From positions 96,001 to 160,000 of the forward strand of contig CBDESZ010000016.1 of assembly GCA_965242725.1 (NCBI GenBank): a stretch of DNA of 64,000 nucleotides. Direction: 5' to 3'. Source of the DNA: Alkalispirochaeta sp. Its GTDB lineage: Bacteria > Spirochaetota > Spirochaetia > DSM-27196 > Alkalispirochaetaceae. A program made the position numbers and the translations under genes. The stretch's first letter is position 1. Each line of letters starts with the position of its first letter. Positions 38,408 to 47,816 of this stretch are shown here, piece after piece. The notes under the pieces are model-generated. The model was not told where the DNA came from. It made no database searches and saw only the letters and a list, made by a program, of their open reading frames with translations.

Positions 38408-39711
38408 AGACTCCGCCGGAAGGGAATGGTCCGCATCGTGAAGTGGGAGGCGAGAAATCCCGCCGCTGCCGACCGAAGCAGCACCGCGATGACGATACTC
38501 CGGAGGGCCGACGGAAAGCGCCCCCGCAATGAACCGATGCGGGTCCCCAGGGCGGCGCGTCGCGCCGCGGCGCGACCGGAACGCATACGGGCACTCCGGT
38601 AGACCCGGTGTATCTCTTGTAACTCGAGCGGGCGGACCGATCCGGCGTCGCCCCCCTTTGCACGCCATTCCCGGACCAACAGGTCCGCCAACAGCTCCGC
38701 ATCGGCAAGACCGCTGTTCATACCCTGCCCGCCGATGGGTGACATCGTGTGGAGTGCGTCACCAACGAGAAAGCAGCGACCGATCCCGGCACGACGGGCA
38801 ATGCGGGTTACCGGTATGAATGAACTCGTCCAGGTGAACTTTTCGCTTATGAGCGCATAGCCCGTACGTTCCTGTACATGCTGCCGCAATAGGTCCCCGA
38901 TACGGCTTGTATCCGGCGTGCCTTCGGGTCGCCCGTCCGATAGCCCGACTGATCGCTGCCTCTCGGGAGGTCGGAATCGGCCGGGAAGCTGGGCGATCCA
39001 CCGTCGCCTGCCGTGGGTGAGCGGAAAGGATTCCACCGCTCCCCGGGGAGTAAACCAGAGGTGTGCATCGTTACCGAAACCGCTGTGATCGACGGTGTCC
39101 CCCATGATGAAGCGGTAGGGCATGTAACGGGGAACCCCGGCGACACCCGCATGTCGGGCGCCCTGCCCGTGAAAGCCGTCGGCCCAGACTATCCAGGATG
39201 CGTTGAGGACCCGTTCTTCTTCGCCGGAACGGCCGGAACCCAACGCCCCGGACGCATCCGCCCGGCGCAGGAGAACTCCCGGCGCGTCACTATTCCGCTC
39301 GCCGAGGCATGCCGGACGATCACCCGTCATCCCAACCACCTCCGTACCCTCCAGAACGGGCACGCCCAGCGCGGCCAGACGGCGGCGCAGCAGATCTTCT
39401 GTTTCTACCTGAGGCATCACCAGCACATAGGGGTGACTGCCGGAAATACCGGAGAAATGAAGTTGTCCGAGAGATCTGTACCCATCGTGGACGAAGGCCC
39501 TTCTCACCGGAAGACCCCGCTCCACCATGGAGCGTCCCAGACCGATTCGATCAAGGATCTCCAGCGACGCCGGCATGACGCCGATCGCCCGGGACCCTTC
39601 CCGCGGTCCCGACCGCCGTTCCACCACAACGGTATCCAGCCCGCCCGCGGCGCACAGCGCCGCAACGGTCATCCCGACGGGTCCGGCGCCGACCACTACC
39701 AGTTCGTGCAT
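38344..39711 (-). CDS. FAD-dependent monooxygenase (aromatic hydroxylase family)
   Basis: 'VVVGAGPVG', 'WADG', 'LVGDALHTMSPIGGQGMNSGLADA'. Confidence 0.9.
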   Translation of the reverse strand: MHELVVVGAGPVGMTVAALCAAGGLDTVVVERRSGPREGSRAIGVMPASLEILDRIGLGRSMVERGLPVRRAFVHDGYRSLGQLHFSGISGSHPYVLVMPQVETEDLLRRRLAALGVPVLEGTEVVGMTGDRPACLGERNSDAPGVLLRRADASGALGSGRSGEEERVLNASWIVWADGFHGQGARHAGVAGVPRYMPYRFIMGDTVDHSGFGNDAHLWFTPRGAVESFPLTHGRRRWIAQLPGRFRPPERQRSVGLSDGRPEGTPDTSRIGDLLRQHVQERTGYALISEKFTWTSSFIPVTRIARRAGIGRCFLVGDALHTMSPIGGQGMNSGLADAELLADLLVREWRAKGGDAGSVRPLELQEIHRVYRSARMRSGRAAARRAALGTRIGSLRGRFPSALRSIVIAVLLRSAAAGFLASHFTMRTIPFRRSLHSRGPMEGLSEGVGGPVGRR

Positions 39712-39754
39712 GTACTCAGTTTAATCTTCAGGGAGAAACGGACAAGGTAAAAAC

Positions 39755-40687
39755 CTACTCCAGCACCATCACCCTGTTTTTACCGGCGGCTTTGGCGTGG
39801 TACATCGCCGTATCGGCACGGTTGACGATCTGTTCCCACGAGTTGGTTTCATCGTCGGTGGGCAGGGTTTCACTCCACTCCTCAGCCTCCACGCCGCCGC
39901 TGACGGTGAGGCGGATGACTTTGCCGGGAGAGACGGGAATGCTGAGTGCCTCGATTGCGGCCCGGCATTTCTCGGCGACCTTGAGCGTCTGATTACGATC
40001 CACTTCCGGACAGAGAACGAGAAACTCCTCACCCCCCCAGCGGCCGCACACATCGGTCGTCCTGAGGACGGAGCGAAGCGTTTCCGCCACGGCGATGAGG
40101 GCGTTATCTCCGGCCTTATGTCCGAAACTGTCGTTGATACTCTTGAATCGATCGATATCGAATACGATGATCCCGTAGGACCGCTTGTTCCGGGCACACC
40201 GGGCGGATTCAATGGTAATGCGCTCAACCATATCCCGGCGGTTCGGCAGATCCGTGAGGGTGTCGGTCCGGGCCATTCGTGCCAGCTGCAGCGTGGTCTC
40301 CCGCAACTGCGCCTGATATCCGTCACTGATGGACATGATCTTGTCGAGCTGCTTCTGGAGACGGAGATAATTCTTTGCAAGCGTCGCGACATCCTTGTCC
40401 AGATGGCGCTTCAGACGTTCCGCGAGCGAAACGGCGAGGCTGGACTTTGTCTGTGGCGACCCCTTCGTGCTGCCCTGGGCGGGAACAATCGTCGGTTGTT
40501 CCACCGTTCGGATCAGTGCGTGGTACTTGTCGCTGATATCGAGAATTTTGGAAAAGCGCGAGGAAATCCTGATATACGTTTCCGCCAGATCACGAAACTC
40601 CGCGACGGAAACCGTTTCATCGGTCCCCTGCCCGGACAACTCGGACAGCCGTACCCTGAGATTCTCGATGCGCTCGTCGTCGTTCAC
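39755..40687 (-). CDS. siaD: Diguanylate cyclase SiaD
   Basis: 'DTLTDLPNRR', 'RWGGEEF', repeated N-terminal ISD(K/G)Y helix; last gene of sia operon. Confidence 0.87.
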   Translation of the reverse strand: MNDDERIENLRVRLSELSGQGTDETVSVAEFRDLAETYIRISSRFSKILDISDKYHALIRTVEQPTIVPAQGSTKGSPQTKSSLAVSLAERLKRHLDKDVATLAKNYLRLQKQLDKIMSISDGYQAQLRETTLQLARMARTDTLTDLPNRRDMVERITIESARCARNKRSYGIIVFDIDRFKSINDSFGHKAGDNALIAVAETLRSVLRTTDVCGRWGGEEFLVLCPEVDRNQTLKVAEKCRAAIEALSIPVSPGKVIRLTVSGGVEAEEWSETLPTDDETNSWEQIVNRADTAMYHAKAAGKNRVMVLE

Positions 40688-41073
40688 GAGTACGCTTCTT
40701 CCGGAGTCACCGGAACCGTTTCAAAGGGAATTTCAAGATCCTCAAGAAACTCCTCGGCCAGCTCGAGAGCGCGTTCATTCTCCCGGTCATAGAGCCAGCG
40801 CACACGGACCGTTCCGCCCGCTTCGGCGCGTTCACTCACCACATCAAGAATGTCGAGCATGCATTTGGTGCTGCTTGAATTCATATACCGGATATTGATC
40901 TCCAGAATAAAGGAGTCAATCCTGGGCAGTTCCGTCTGAAGCCACTCAAAAACGGGTTCGTAAAACTCAAAGGAGTTCTCCGGATAGGATTCACCGGTAA
41001 TTGTCAAAATATGTAGTTTCTCATCGTATGTGACGGTGGGACTCGATGTCGTCCCTTCAATTAAAAGCATCAC
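40684..41073 (-). CDS. siaC: SiaC phosphoprotein (DUF1987)
   Basis: 'GESYPENSFEFYEPVFEWL...YMNSSSTK...ELAEEF'. Confidence 0.9.
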   Translation of the reverse strand: MMLLIEGTTSSPTVTYDEKLHILTITGESYPENSFEFYEPVFEWLQTELPRIDSFILEINIRYMNSSSTKCMLDILDVVSERAEAGGTVRVRWLYDRENERALELAEEFLEDLEIPFETVPVTPEEAYS

Positions 41074-41615
41074 GATTCTCCTGCCACCGACACTTCAAGT
41101 ATGAAGTAGTCATATTCATCATCCACGGCGTCAAAGTGGTACTCCATAGGCGCCGTTGCGCGGCGGGCAATGTCCAGGAGCCCCAGACCGGCACCGGTAG
41201 CCTCCGGTGGATGGTCACGCCGGAGCTGCTCCTTGTATGCCTTCCGCAGTCCCTTCTTGTCCAGTCCGCTCAACGTGTCCAGCCTGGACTTCAGATCGGG
41301 AACATCACTTTTCAATATATAGTTGCCCGCTGAAACGGTGTAGCGTTTATCTTCATAACCGATGACAACGATCGCCGCGTCCTTTCCTCGTTTCTTCAGC
41401 TCTCTGCGAACCGAGTAGTTCCGGACATTCTGCGTCTGTTCGACATAGACGGCAAAAACGTCGATGACCTGCTGGGGGGCGATCTTTTCCGCCTGCAGGT
41501 ACGTCTTTGCCGCGTTTCCAAGCTCTTCAATGAGACTGTGCGTGAAAGCACCGTTGAAGGCGATGAGAATTCCCTGTCGATCAAAAATGGTACGGAGCTG
41601 TGCGATATCCTTCAC
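41070..41615 (-). CDS. siaB: SiaB family kinase
   Basis: 'FAVYVEQTQNVRNY', 'VSAGN', 'GAGLGLLDIAR'. Confidence 0.9.
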   Translation of the reverse strand: MKDIAQLRTIFDRQGILIAFNGAFTHSLIEELGNAAKTYLQAEKIAPQQVIDVFAVYVEQTQNVRNYSVRRELKKRGKDAAIVVIGYEDKRYTVSAGNYILKSDVPDLKSRLDTLSGLDKKGLRKAYKEQLRRDHPPEATGAGLGLLDIARRATAPMEYHFDAVDDEYDYFILEVSVAGES

Positions 41616-41628
41616 AATTTCCTGCCTT

Positions 41629-43614
41629 TTATGTATCGCGATCAGTTTCGCGTAATATCGGAGAGAAGGCAAGAAGGATCATATCGTCTTTGGGGCGTAG
41701 ATCTCCCCGATACTCATCAAGGGCGCGGGCCACTTCATGTTCCTGTTCCGACAGGGGCAGGGAGCAGGAACCGTGGAGAATCTCCTTCAGTCGTCGCCGT
41801 CCCAGCCCGTAGCCCCGTTTTCCGCCGGGCAAATCGAGGACGCCGTCGCTGAAGAGATAGAAGACGGAATTTCCCCCTGCCGGGACCGTCGTGTGCGACA
41901 GCGAGGGTGTTCGATCGGTGGACCGGAACCCGAGGCGGACGCGGTTTCCTCCAACGTGAACCATCTCTCCCCCGGAAGCGTAGAGGAGCGGCAACCCCGC
42001 CCCGGAGAAATCGATGGTGCCCGTTGATTCGTGGTATCGGCACAAGGCGATGTCGAAGCCGTTGTCCAGATGGGCAACGTCGTCGGAGCCTCGGAGACTG
42101 TCCTGAACGTATTGGTGGAGGCGGACGAGCATTTCCCTCGACAGGGTATTCACCGTTGACGTTTCAATTACCCGGTTCAACTGCGCTCCCACGAGCATCG
42201 TCATAAACGCACCGGGAATACCGTGTCCCGTACAATCGACCACGGCGGCGCAGAAACCGTCTTCCATCGGTCGCACAAAGGCAAAATCACCGCCCACGGT
42301 GTCCAGGGGGCGATGAATGATGAAACTGTCTCTGAAGTGGAGTTCACGGTCGGTCCGGGACGGCATGACCGAGTCCTGTATCAGTTTTCCGTATCGTATC
42401 GATTCAAGAATCCGCTCCTGGCTGCGCCGGAGTTCCTGCGTCCGTTCCGCAACCTCCCGCTCCAGATTTTCCGTGTAGTTCCCGACCTGTTCGGTCATGC
42501 GGATAAAGGTGTCGGAGACGTTTCCGATTTCGTCGGGTCGGGAGCGATCAAGTTCCACGTCAAAGTTGCCCCCCGCGACCTGGAGTGCCGCCTCCGCCAA
42601 CGTGCCGAGGGGTCGCAGGATTTGCCTGTCCAGCAGCAGGACAACAACCCCCGCAAGTGCGAGAAGGGAGAGAATCATCATGGCAAGGAGGGGAAGAAAG
42701 TCCCGGGCACCCATGATCTGCTTGTCGTCAACCAGAACCAGGTTATACCAGTCCAGTTCCGGAATATGCCCCACCGCTGCGGTGACCGACACATCACCAA
42801 CCTTCAGCGGAAGAGTGACCGGCGTCGATCCGACTGTGGAAAACGCCTCTTCCAGGCGGACCCTGTCTTCACCGCGGGAAAGGAGGGACGGCAGATCGAT
42901 GCGATCTTCATCTCTCGTAACCCGGGCGTTGTGATCGATGATGGACCGGTCGGGGTGGGCGAGAATCTGGGCGTCGCTGTTCACCACGATGGACGTCACG
43001 CCGGAACCTCCTTCGGCAACGAGCGTATCCAGCACCTCGCTGAGGTCCAGCCCCGTTCCTGCGGCGCCAATGGTCGTACCGTCGGAGTCCCGTACAAGAC
43101 TGTTGATCCAGACGCGGACCTCCTGGAGAAAGGCGTTGTAGTCGACGTTGATCCAGAAATTCCGATCCGACTCCAGGGTGGCAAAAAACCAGCGGTCCCG
43201 GGGATCATCCCGTTCCATCACCGTCAGCTCCCGCCCTGCGGTTTGCGGCGTTTCCACATAGTACGCCAGCGTCTCGGCAATGGCGACAAAATAGGAGTTG
43301 TCGCTGAAGAGTCGACGATAGCTGTCCAGCTGCGCAGCGGCGGCCCGTTCCGCCGCTGCGTCGTCGGGGTTGTTCATCCATTGAATAACCGCCGGATCGT
43401 CTGCGAGTTTCAGGCTCAGTGCGGCATCCCGTTCAACGACCGTCAGAATGCGTGAGCGTTCGAGAAGATTCCGGGAGACGGCAAAACGGTCCACATATTC
43501 CCGGGTGATTCCGTCGATGGTAAAGAGAAAAATGATACCTGCGGCGACGGCGGTAACGAGATACAATGCGCCGATGGCGACGATAAACCGTCGTTTCAGG
43601 GAACTTCGAATCAT
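41629..43614 (-). CDS. siaA: SiaA membrane PP2C/SpoIIE phosphatase (Cache-HAMP-PP2C)
   Basis: Two TMs, 'DRWFFATL...WIN', HAMP 'DEIG', 'VGGDF', 'DCTGHGIPGA', 'SDG', 'DDM'. Confidence 0.9.
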   Translation of the reverse strand: MIRSSLKRRFIVAIGALYLVTAVAAGIIFLFTIDGITREYVDRFAVSRNLLERSRILTVVERDAALSLKLADDPAVIQWMNNPDDAAAERAAAAQLDSYRRLFSDNSYFVAIAETLAYYVETPQTAGRELTVMERDDPRDRWFFATLESDRNFWINVDYNAFLQEVRVWINSLVRDSDGTTIGAAGTGLDLSEVLDTLVAEGGSGVTSIVVNSDAQILAHPDRSIIDHNARVTRDEDRIDLPSLLSRGEDRVRLEEAFSTVGSTPVTLPLKVGDVSVTAAVGHIPELDWYNLVLVDDKQIMGARDFLPLLAMMILSLLALAGVVVLLLDRQILRPLGTLAEAALQVAGGNFDVELDRSRPDEIGNVSDTFIRMTEQVGNYTENLEREVAERTQELRRSQERILESIRYGKLIQDSVMPSRTDRELHFRDSFIIHRPLDTVGGDFAFVRPMEDGFCAAVVDCTGHGIPGAFMTMLVGAQLNRVIETSTVNTLSREMLVRLHQYVQDSLRGSDDVAHLDNGFDIALCRYHESTGTIDFSGAGLPLLYASGGEMVHVGGNRVRLGFRSTDRTPSLSHTTVPAGGNSVFYLFSDGVLDLPGGKRGYGLGRRRLKEILHGSCSLPLSEQEHEVARALDEYRGDLRPKDDMILLAFSPILRETDRDT

Positions 43615-43709
43615 AGGAAGCCGTCTTCACCCGATGCAAACATGTGCGTTAATTATGGGTGATACGGAACGAAACGGCAACGGGCCGGGTAACGGGCACG
43701 GTCAGCCAA

Positions 43710-44180
43710 TTACACATCCTTGCACAGCGTCGCCTTTAAATAGCCCTCAAGGTCGGGATTTGAAGCCTTTTTCAGCACGAAGTCGACCCAGGCGTCCCGC
43801 TCATGACCGATGAGGAACAGGTCCCACGCACACGCGGTAAGACCGGTAGGGGTCATATACGTCAGGGCTTCAGGCCGGTCGGTGGGCGACACGTACACGT
43901 GATGATGAAGCTCATTCTCATCTGCCCACCAGTCCACAAAGACAAAATTGCCGGTCTTTCCTTCATGAATGCCGACAAAGCCGACGCGGTAGTGGTGCGT
44001 CTTTTCCGCACTCTCCGACAACCGGTCATCCGTAACCCGACGTGCTGCGTCAATCAGGTCCTGCCTGGGACGCCCACCGGTATAGGAAATACCGTAGGTT
44101 TTCAGTCTCCAATGACCGGCTTTCCAGAGACCGAGAAAGCAGAGTGACCGTGTTTTATACGCTTCCGATATTGTGACCAT
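43710..44180 (-). CDS. Hypothetical protein
   Basis: Globular-looking ORF 'WRLKTYGI...WWADENELHH...CAWDL...HERDAW'. Confidence 0.6.
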   Translation of the reverse strand: MVTISEAYKTRSLCFLGLWKAGHWRLKTYGISYTGGRPRQDLIDAARRVTDDRLSESAEKTHHYRVGFVGIHEGKTGNFVFVDWWADENELHHHVYVSPTDRPEALTYMTPTGLTACAWDLFLIGHERDAWVDFVLKKASNPDLEGYLKATLCKDV

Positions 44181-44223
44181 GCCGCACTCCGAATTGGAAA
44201 AATACGCCGACTCGCCGGCACCA

Positions 44224-45054
44224 CTACCGTTGCCGGAACCTCCCGCTTCCGGACATTGAAATCTCCTCGATGTCCGAACCCTTCGCCACTTCCACATCGC
44301 CTGACCCGGTAATACGCACCGTGACGCTGCCCGCCGCCAGGTCGCCGCCGCGAAAACTGCCCGAACCGGTCGTACGGATGCGTGCGGACGCCACCGCCCC
44401 GTCAACCGTCGCGGATCCGCTTCCGGAAAGGGAAACAACGAGCTGTTGTGCCCGTACGGACGTCGTCGCACCGCCGGAACCGGTCAAATCGATGGAAACA
44501 TCGCCCCCCTCGATCGTACCCGTCCTGATATCGCCGGAACCCGTCGCACGGAGCTCCACCTCACCGGCGCCGACGGACCCGACCTCAACGTGACCGGAAC
44601 CGGTTGAACGGACTTCCAACGAATCGGCGGTAATCGCGGCAAACCGGATATCCCCCGAGCCCGTCGCGGTCAGCTGCACGGCGTCACCGATCCATTGATC
44701 CCGGGACACAATGGATCCCGAAGAGGTGAGTCGCACCGCTTCAATTTCCGGCATCGTGATTGCCAGCCGGATCACATCGCCCCGGCGAATCCGCAACCAC
44801 GGTTCATCGGTATCTACAACCAGCGTTCCGCCGTCATTCCGAATACGAATGTCCCGGACGTACCGGTCGGGAATATCCGCCTCCACCGCCCAGTCCCCGC
44901 CGCGCTCAAGCACCGTCTCCGCGGGAATCCGGATATCCACACTCTCAAACCGCCCGTAATCGCGCCGTCCAAAGGGATCCTCCCCATCACCCGCCGCGTA
45001 TGCTATTCCCGCCGCCGCAACACACATCACAACCGTCGTCCACACATGTCTCAT
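44224..45054 (-). CDS. DUF2807 (adhesin head GIN domain) protein
   Basis: Signal peptide; repeated (T/S)GSG beta-helix units. Confidence 0.87.
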   Translation of the reverse strand: MRHVWTTVVMCVAAAGIAYAAGDGEDPFGRRDYGRFESVDIRIPAETVLERGGDWAVEADIPDRYVRDIRIRNDGGTLVVDTDEPWLRIRRGDVIRLAITMPEIEAVRLTSSGSIVSRDQWIGDAVQLTATGSGDIRFAAITADSLEVRSTGSGHVEVGSVGAGEVELRATGSGDIRTGTIEGGDVSIDLTGSGGATTSVRAQQLVVSLSGSGSATVDGAVASARIRTTGSGSFRGGDLAAGSVTVRITGSGDVEVAKGSDIEEISMSGSGRFRQR

Positions 45055-45352
45055 AATTCACCTCTCGACACGTCCATTTGTGAGTGTAACACCGTTGCTG
45101 TTGTCTTCTGTCACCAATAAATATAATCGAACCATCCGGTTCCGCGGAGAGTAATCATCACATCGTCGGTCCAACACCGGGATCGGGGGGCAGGCGTCCA
45201 TGCGTTTTTTATCTGAAAAGGGCTATATCTGCAGGTACCGGAGCACTGAAGGTGTGGCCATCCCACGGTGTTTTTAGTTCCTGAGTGTTATAATCAACTA
45301 CATCGCCACGGTGGAGACGAATCCACACACGGCGCGTCAACAGGAGAACAAA

Positions 45353-46042
45353 ATGCTGAGAACGACCCAATCAATACGGAAAGCCCTCCCCGACCACATT
45401 GCCGGCCCCCTCATTGTGCTCGCCCTCTTCTTCTTTGCGGGAGCAACGATTTCGGCGCAGTCCCGGACAGTGGGCGCGCGCATCGTGTGGATGGACGATC
45501 CCGACGAGGTGATCATCCGCGACAACAACGGCGAGTCCATCCAATCCGATTTCGGGCTGATGCTGGAGGGCGGTTACTCTATCGAGACTGCGAATTCGGT
45601 GGTAGAGCTGGAACTCGTACCCAACGGGTCGGTCGTAATTCTCGACGCCGACACGTCGTTCCACGTAGACGGGCTCGCCGGGGAGAGACGCAATCGCGCA
45701 TCCCGTGAGAACGCCTTCTCTCTCGTCGCAGGGAAGATGCGCCTCGTCGCGGCTCGGAACACCGGGGCATCCTACGTGGTGCGCACCGAAACCGCCGTTG
45801 CCGGCGTCCGCGGGACCGATTTTTACCGCCAATACGATCCCGAAGAGGACAAAGACTGGCTCTGCGTTACCGAAGGCGCAGTGCAATTTTCCTCGCCGAA
45901 CGGCGACCGTAGTGTCCTCGTTCCTGCCGGTGCCTTTGTCGATCTCAATGTGGGTTTCGAGATCTCCCGGCCGGACGAGGAGTGGCTGCAGTCAAACCTC
46001 ACCCTGGAATCGCTTCAGGGCGCTGAGCTTCCATCGCGATAG
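45353..46042 (+). CDS. FecR domain-containing exported protein
   Basis: 'LVAGKM...VRTETAVAGVRGTDF...VTEGAV'. Confidence 0.82.
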   Translation: MLRTTQSIRKALPDHIAGPLIVLALFFFAGATISAQSRTVGARIVWMDDPDEVIIRDNNGESIQSDFGLMLEGGYSIETANSVVELELVPNGSVVILDADTSFHVDGLAGERRNRASRENAFSLVAGKMRLVAARNTGASYVVRTETAVAGVRGTDFYRQYDPEEDKDWLCVTEGAVQFSSPNGDRSVLVPAGAFVDLNVGFEISRPDEEWLQSNLTLESLQGAELPSR

Positions 46043-46131
46043 TGCTTCCGGCAGTACAAGCACGGTTCGTCCGTCTGCGATTGCAGCGCGATGCGCTGCA
46101 CGCAGCGGCAATCGGCAAAGACGGTGGCGTC

Positions 46132-46893
46132 TCAAAGAATTCCAAACAACCGCAGGGAACTCAGCGCCACTGTGGCAACGATGACCCAGCGTACTGCTCC
46201 GGTACCCCGCTTCACGGCAAAGTTCACCCCCACCCAGGCGCCGGTCATGGACCCGATACCAAGAAGCAGCCCGTAGTGCCAGAGCACCTTGCCGTAAAAC
46301 GCGAAGACCACCAGGGAAAGAATGGTGAAAAAAACGACTACCAGCAGTTTTGTGGCATTCGTCTTGATCAGGTCCTGTCCCAGAAGCACCGATACCGCGC
46401 TGATCAGGAGAAATCCGACACCGGCCTGTATAAAACCGGCGTATACACCAATCAGAAAGAATGACGAGTAACGGACCCAGACGGATGTGGTCCAGGACGG
46501 CCGTTCTCCCCCGCCTTCGGGCTTTCGGATAAAGAGGGTGAGAAGAACAAGGATCAACACAAATCCGAGAACGAGATTGAAAACGGCGTCACTCAGATTA
46601 GCCGCAATAAAGGCCCCGCCGATGGCGCCAACGAGCCCGGGCACCGCCGCCTGCCAGGCAACGCCGAGATCAAGCTGCCCTTTCCGTCTGAATCGTTCCG
46701 CGCCGACGAGACTCTGAAGAAGGACCGCAATGCGATTCGTGGCGTTGGCGACGGTACTCGGTATGCCGAGGAATAGCAAAGCCGGAATCGTCAGAAGAGA
46801 GCCACCTCCGGCAAGACTGTTTACAAATCCGGCGATACCTCCCGCCAGGACGAGGAGCGCGAGTTTTCCGATTTCAGTCCAATCCACATTCAA
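46132..46893 (-). CDS. TauE/SafE family transporter
   Basis: 'AGFVNSLAGGGSLLTIPAL...ANATN', 'GVYAGFIQAGVG'. Confidence 0.9.
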   Translation of the reverse strand: MNVDWTEIGKLALLVLAGGIAGFVNSLAGGGSLLTIPALLFLGIPSTVANATNRIAVLLQSLVGAERFRRKGQLDLGVAWQAAVPGLVGAIGGAFIAANLSDAVFNLVLGFVLILVLLTLFIRKPEGGGERPSWTTSVWVRYSSFFLIGVYAGFIQAGVGFLLISAVSVLLGQDLIKTNATKLLVVVFFTILSLVVFAFYGKVLWHYGLLLGIGSMTGAWVGVNFAVKRGTGAVRWVIVATVALSSLRLFGIL

Positions 46894-46938
46894 CTCCTGA
46901 AAAAAGCGTTATGCCCCGGCCGATCGACGCGGCAGTTG

Positions 46939-47784
46939 CTACAAACCCTCAAACACTTCCGCCAGCTGTCCCGCGTCCGGACGGGTACCGTACTCGCACG
47001 GCTCAAATGCCTCTGCCTCAACGACGGCGTTTCCGTGCTTCTCGCCGTATCGTTCGACCAGAAATGTTCGGTATCTGTCGGCAATCGTCGGAACAAATCG
47101 GTGTTTATAGTATCGTTCGAGCCACGCCTTCCGTTTCCCCTGATCCTGCGGAATCGGATCAGGATATCGCTCCACCCATGGCAGCCATTCAAAGAGCTGA
47201 CTCTCATGCTTCCCCAGCATATCCAGCTTGTCCCCGATAACGGGATCGATGTCTATCACAACCGCCGGTGCAAAGGGCCGGGGATATTCAAAGGCGTCAG
47301 CCCAGTAAAAAATGATCGGATTGTACTGCAACGGCTCACTGTCCGGCACCACGTGGGGTACCATGAACATATAGGCGGAATCCTGCACAAGCAGCGACAT
47401 ATAGCGGTGGTCCGGATGATAATCATTGGGTCGATTCGTGACGATGACGTCAGGCTTCACCTCACGTACAAGGCGTATTATCTTCTCGCGGTTCTCCAGC
47501 GTCGGCTCGAGGGACCCGTCAGGAATACCGAGAATCCGGCTTTCGGCGCCGATCCTCCCCGCCGCTTCGGCAGCTTCCTTCCTGCGTCTGGCCGCAACCT
47601 CCTCCGGCTTCATGAGATGATGCCCCGAGCGGCCGTCGGTCACACTCACAATGACGACTTCGTTTCCGGCCTGTGCCCATCGTGCCGCGGTTCCGGATGC
47701 CCGGAACTCGGTATCGTCGGGATGAGCGCCAAGGAAGAGAATCGTCATGGTTCCCGATTTCGTCGTCAATCGATTTTTATTCAC
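46939..47784 (-). CDS. PIG-L family deacetylase
   Basis: 'GAHPDDTE', 'TDG', 'RRRKEA', 'DYHPDH'. Confidence 0.92.
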   Translation of the reverse strand: MNKNRLTTKSGTMTILFLGAHPDDTEFRASGTAARWAQAGNEVVIVSVTDGRSGHHLMKPEEVAARRRKEAAEAAGRIGAESRILGIPDGSLEPTLENREKIIRLVREVKPDVIVTNRPNDYHPDHRYMSLLVQDSAYMFMVPHVVPDSEPLQYNPIIFYWADAFEYPRPFAPAVVIDIDPVIGDKLDMLGKHESQLFEWLPWVERYPDPIPQDQGKRKAWLERYYKHRFVPTIADRYRTFLVERYGEKHGNAVVEAEAFEPCEYGTRPDAGQLAEVFEGL

Positions 47785-47816
47785 AGGGATACCTCCAATA
47801 CGTCAGGTAATATCGT

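Noticed and set aside
42223..43455. Long antisense ORFs (also 46936-47988, 34275-35312, 39797-40792, 11867-12823, 12772-13770)
   Set aside because: Shadow frames of clear genes on the opposite strand, expected in GC-rich DNA
44224..44760. Periodic GGTTCCGG-like repeats
   Set aside because: Explained by the (T/S)GSG beta-helix repeats of the DUF2807 protein
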